A DNA stretch of 13,960 bases from Acidobacteriota bacterium. GTDB lineage: Bacteria; Acidobacteriota; UBA6911; JACQSX01. The translations under genes were made by a program, and so were the position numbers. Below are positions 13,835-13,960 of this stretch, piece by piece. The stretch covers positions 1 to 13,960 of the forward strand of contig DASXQR010000028.1 of NCBI GenBank assembly GCA_036507075.1. Direction: 5' to 3'. The stretch's first letter is position 1. The number at the start of each line of letters is the position of its first letter. The notes under the pieces were generated by a model that saw only the letters and a list, made by a program, of their open reading frames with translations, was not told the origin of the DNA and made no database searches.

Positions 13835-13880
13835 TACGTCCACGAGCACGAGCACGTCAACGGGCACGACTACGATTACG
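13835..13880 (+). repeat. Degenerate hexamer tandem repeat (yACGnn x8)
   Basis: TACGTC CACGAG CACGAG CACGTC AACGGG CACGAC TACGAT TACG. Confidence 0.8.
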
Positions 13881-13960
13881 CCTGACGTCCAACGTATTCA
13901 GATTCGGTCGCCGTGGAACGCCGTGTTCCACCATCTCCCATCCTTCTTCCACGTTCAAAA

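Noticed and set aside
46..13960. attR duplicate of the tRNA 3' end, integrase or transposase
   Set aside because: I found no second copy of CCCTTCGTCTCCACCA and no recombinase or transposase ORF in the window.

Overview
Probably an Acidobacteriota-like chromosome (inferred from the carboxypeptidase-regulatory-domain TonB receptors and Tat-signal enzymes). The window opens on the 3' half of a tRNA-Ala(CGC) and runs into a patchwork accessory region with no integrase. Intact genes: two paralogous heptad-repeat coiled-coil genes on ~430-bp direct repeats flanking a stand-alone ERCC4/XPF-type nuclease; a DUF433/DUF5615 toxin-antitoxin pair; a HigA-like antitoxin; a secreted M55 aminopeptidase; a UxuA-family dehydratase; a candidate new RHH/small-protein toxin-antitoxin pair; a DUF1697 protein; and a 1107-aa TonB-dependent receptor. 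Between them lie at least six gene relics: an oxidoreductase N-terminus, a truncated pRiA4b ORF-3 gene, an internally deleted HigB-like toxin, a scrambled and partly inverted TonB receptor, a 20-codon hydrolase scrap and a signal-peptide stub. Most gene boundaries carry 6-, 7- or 9-nt periodic repeats, a ~65-bp dispersed element or REP/REPIN-like inverted repeats. All family calls come from motif recognition by eye, not database searches.
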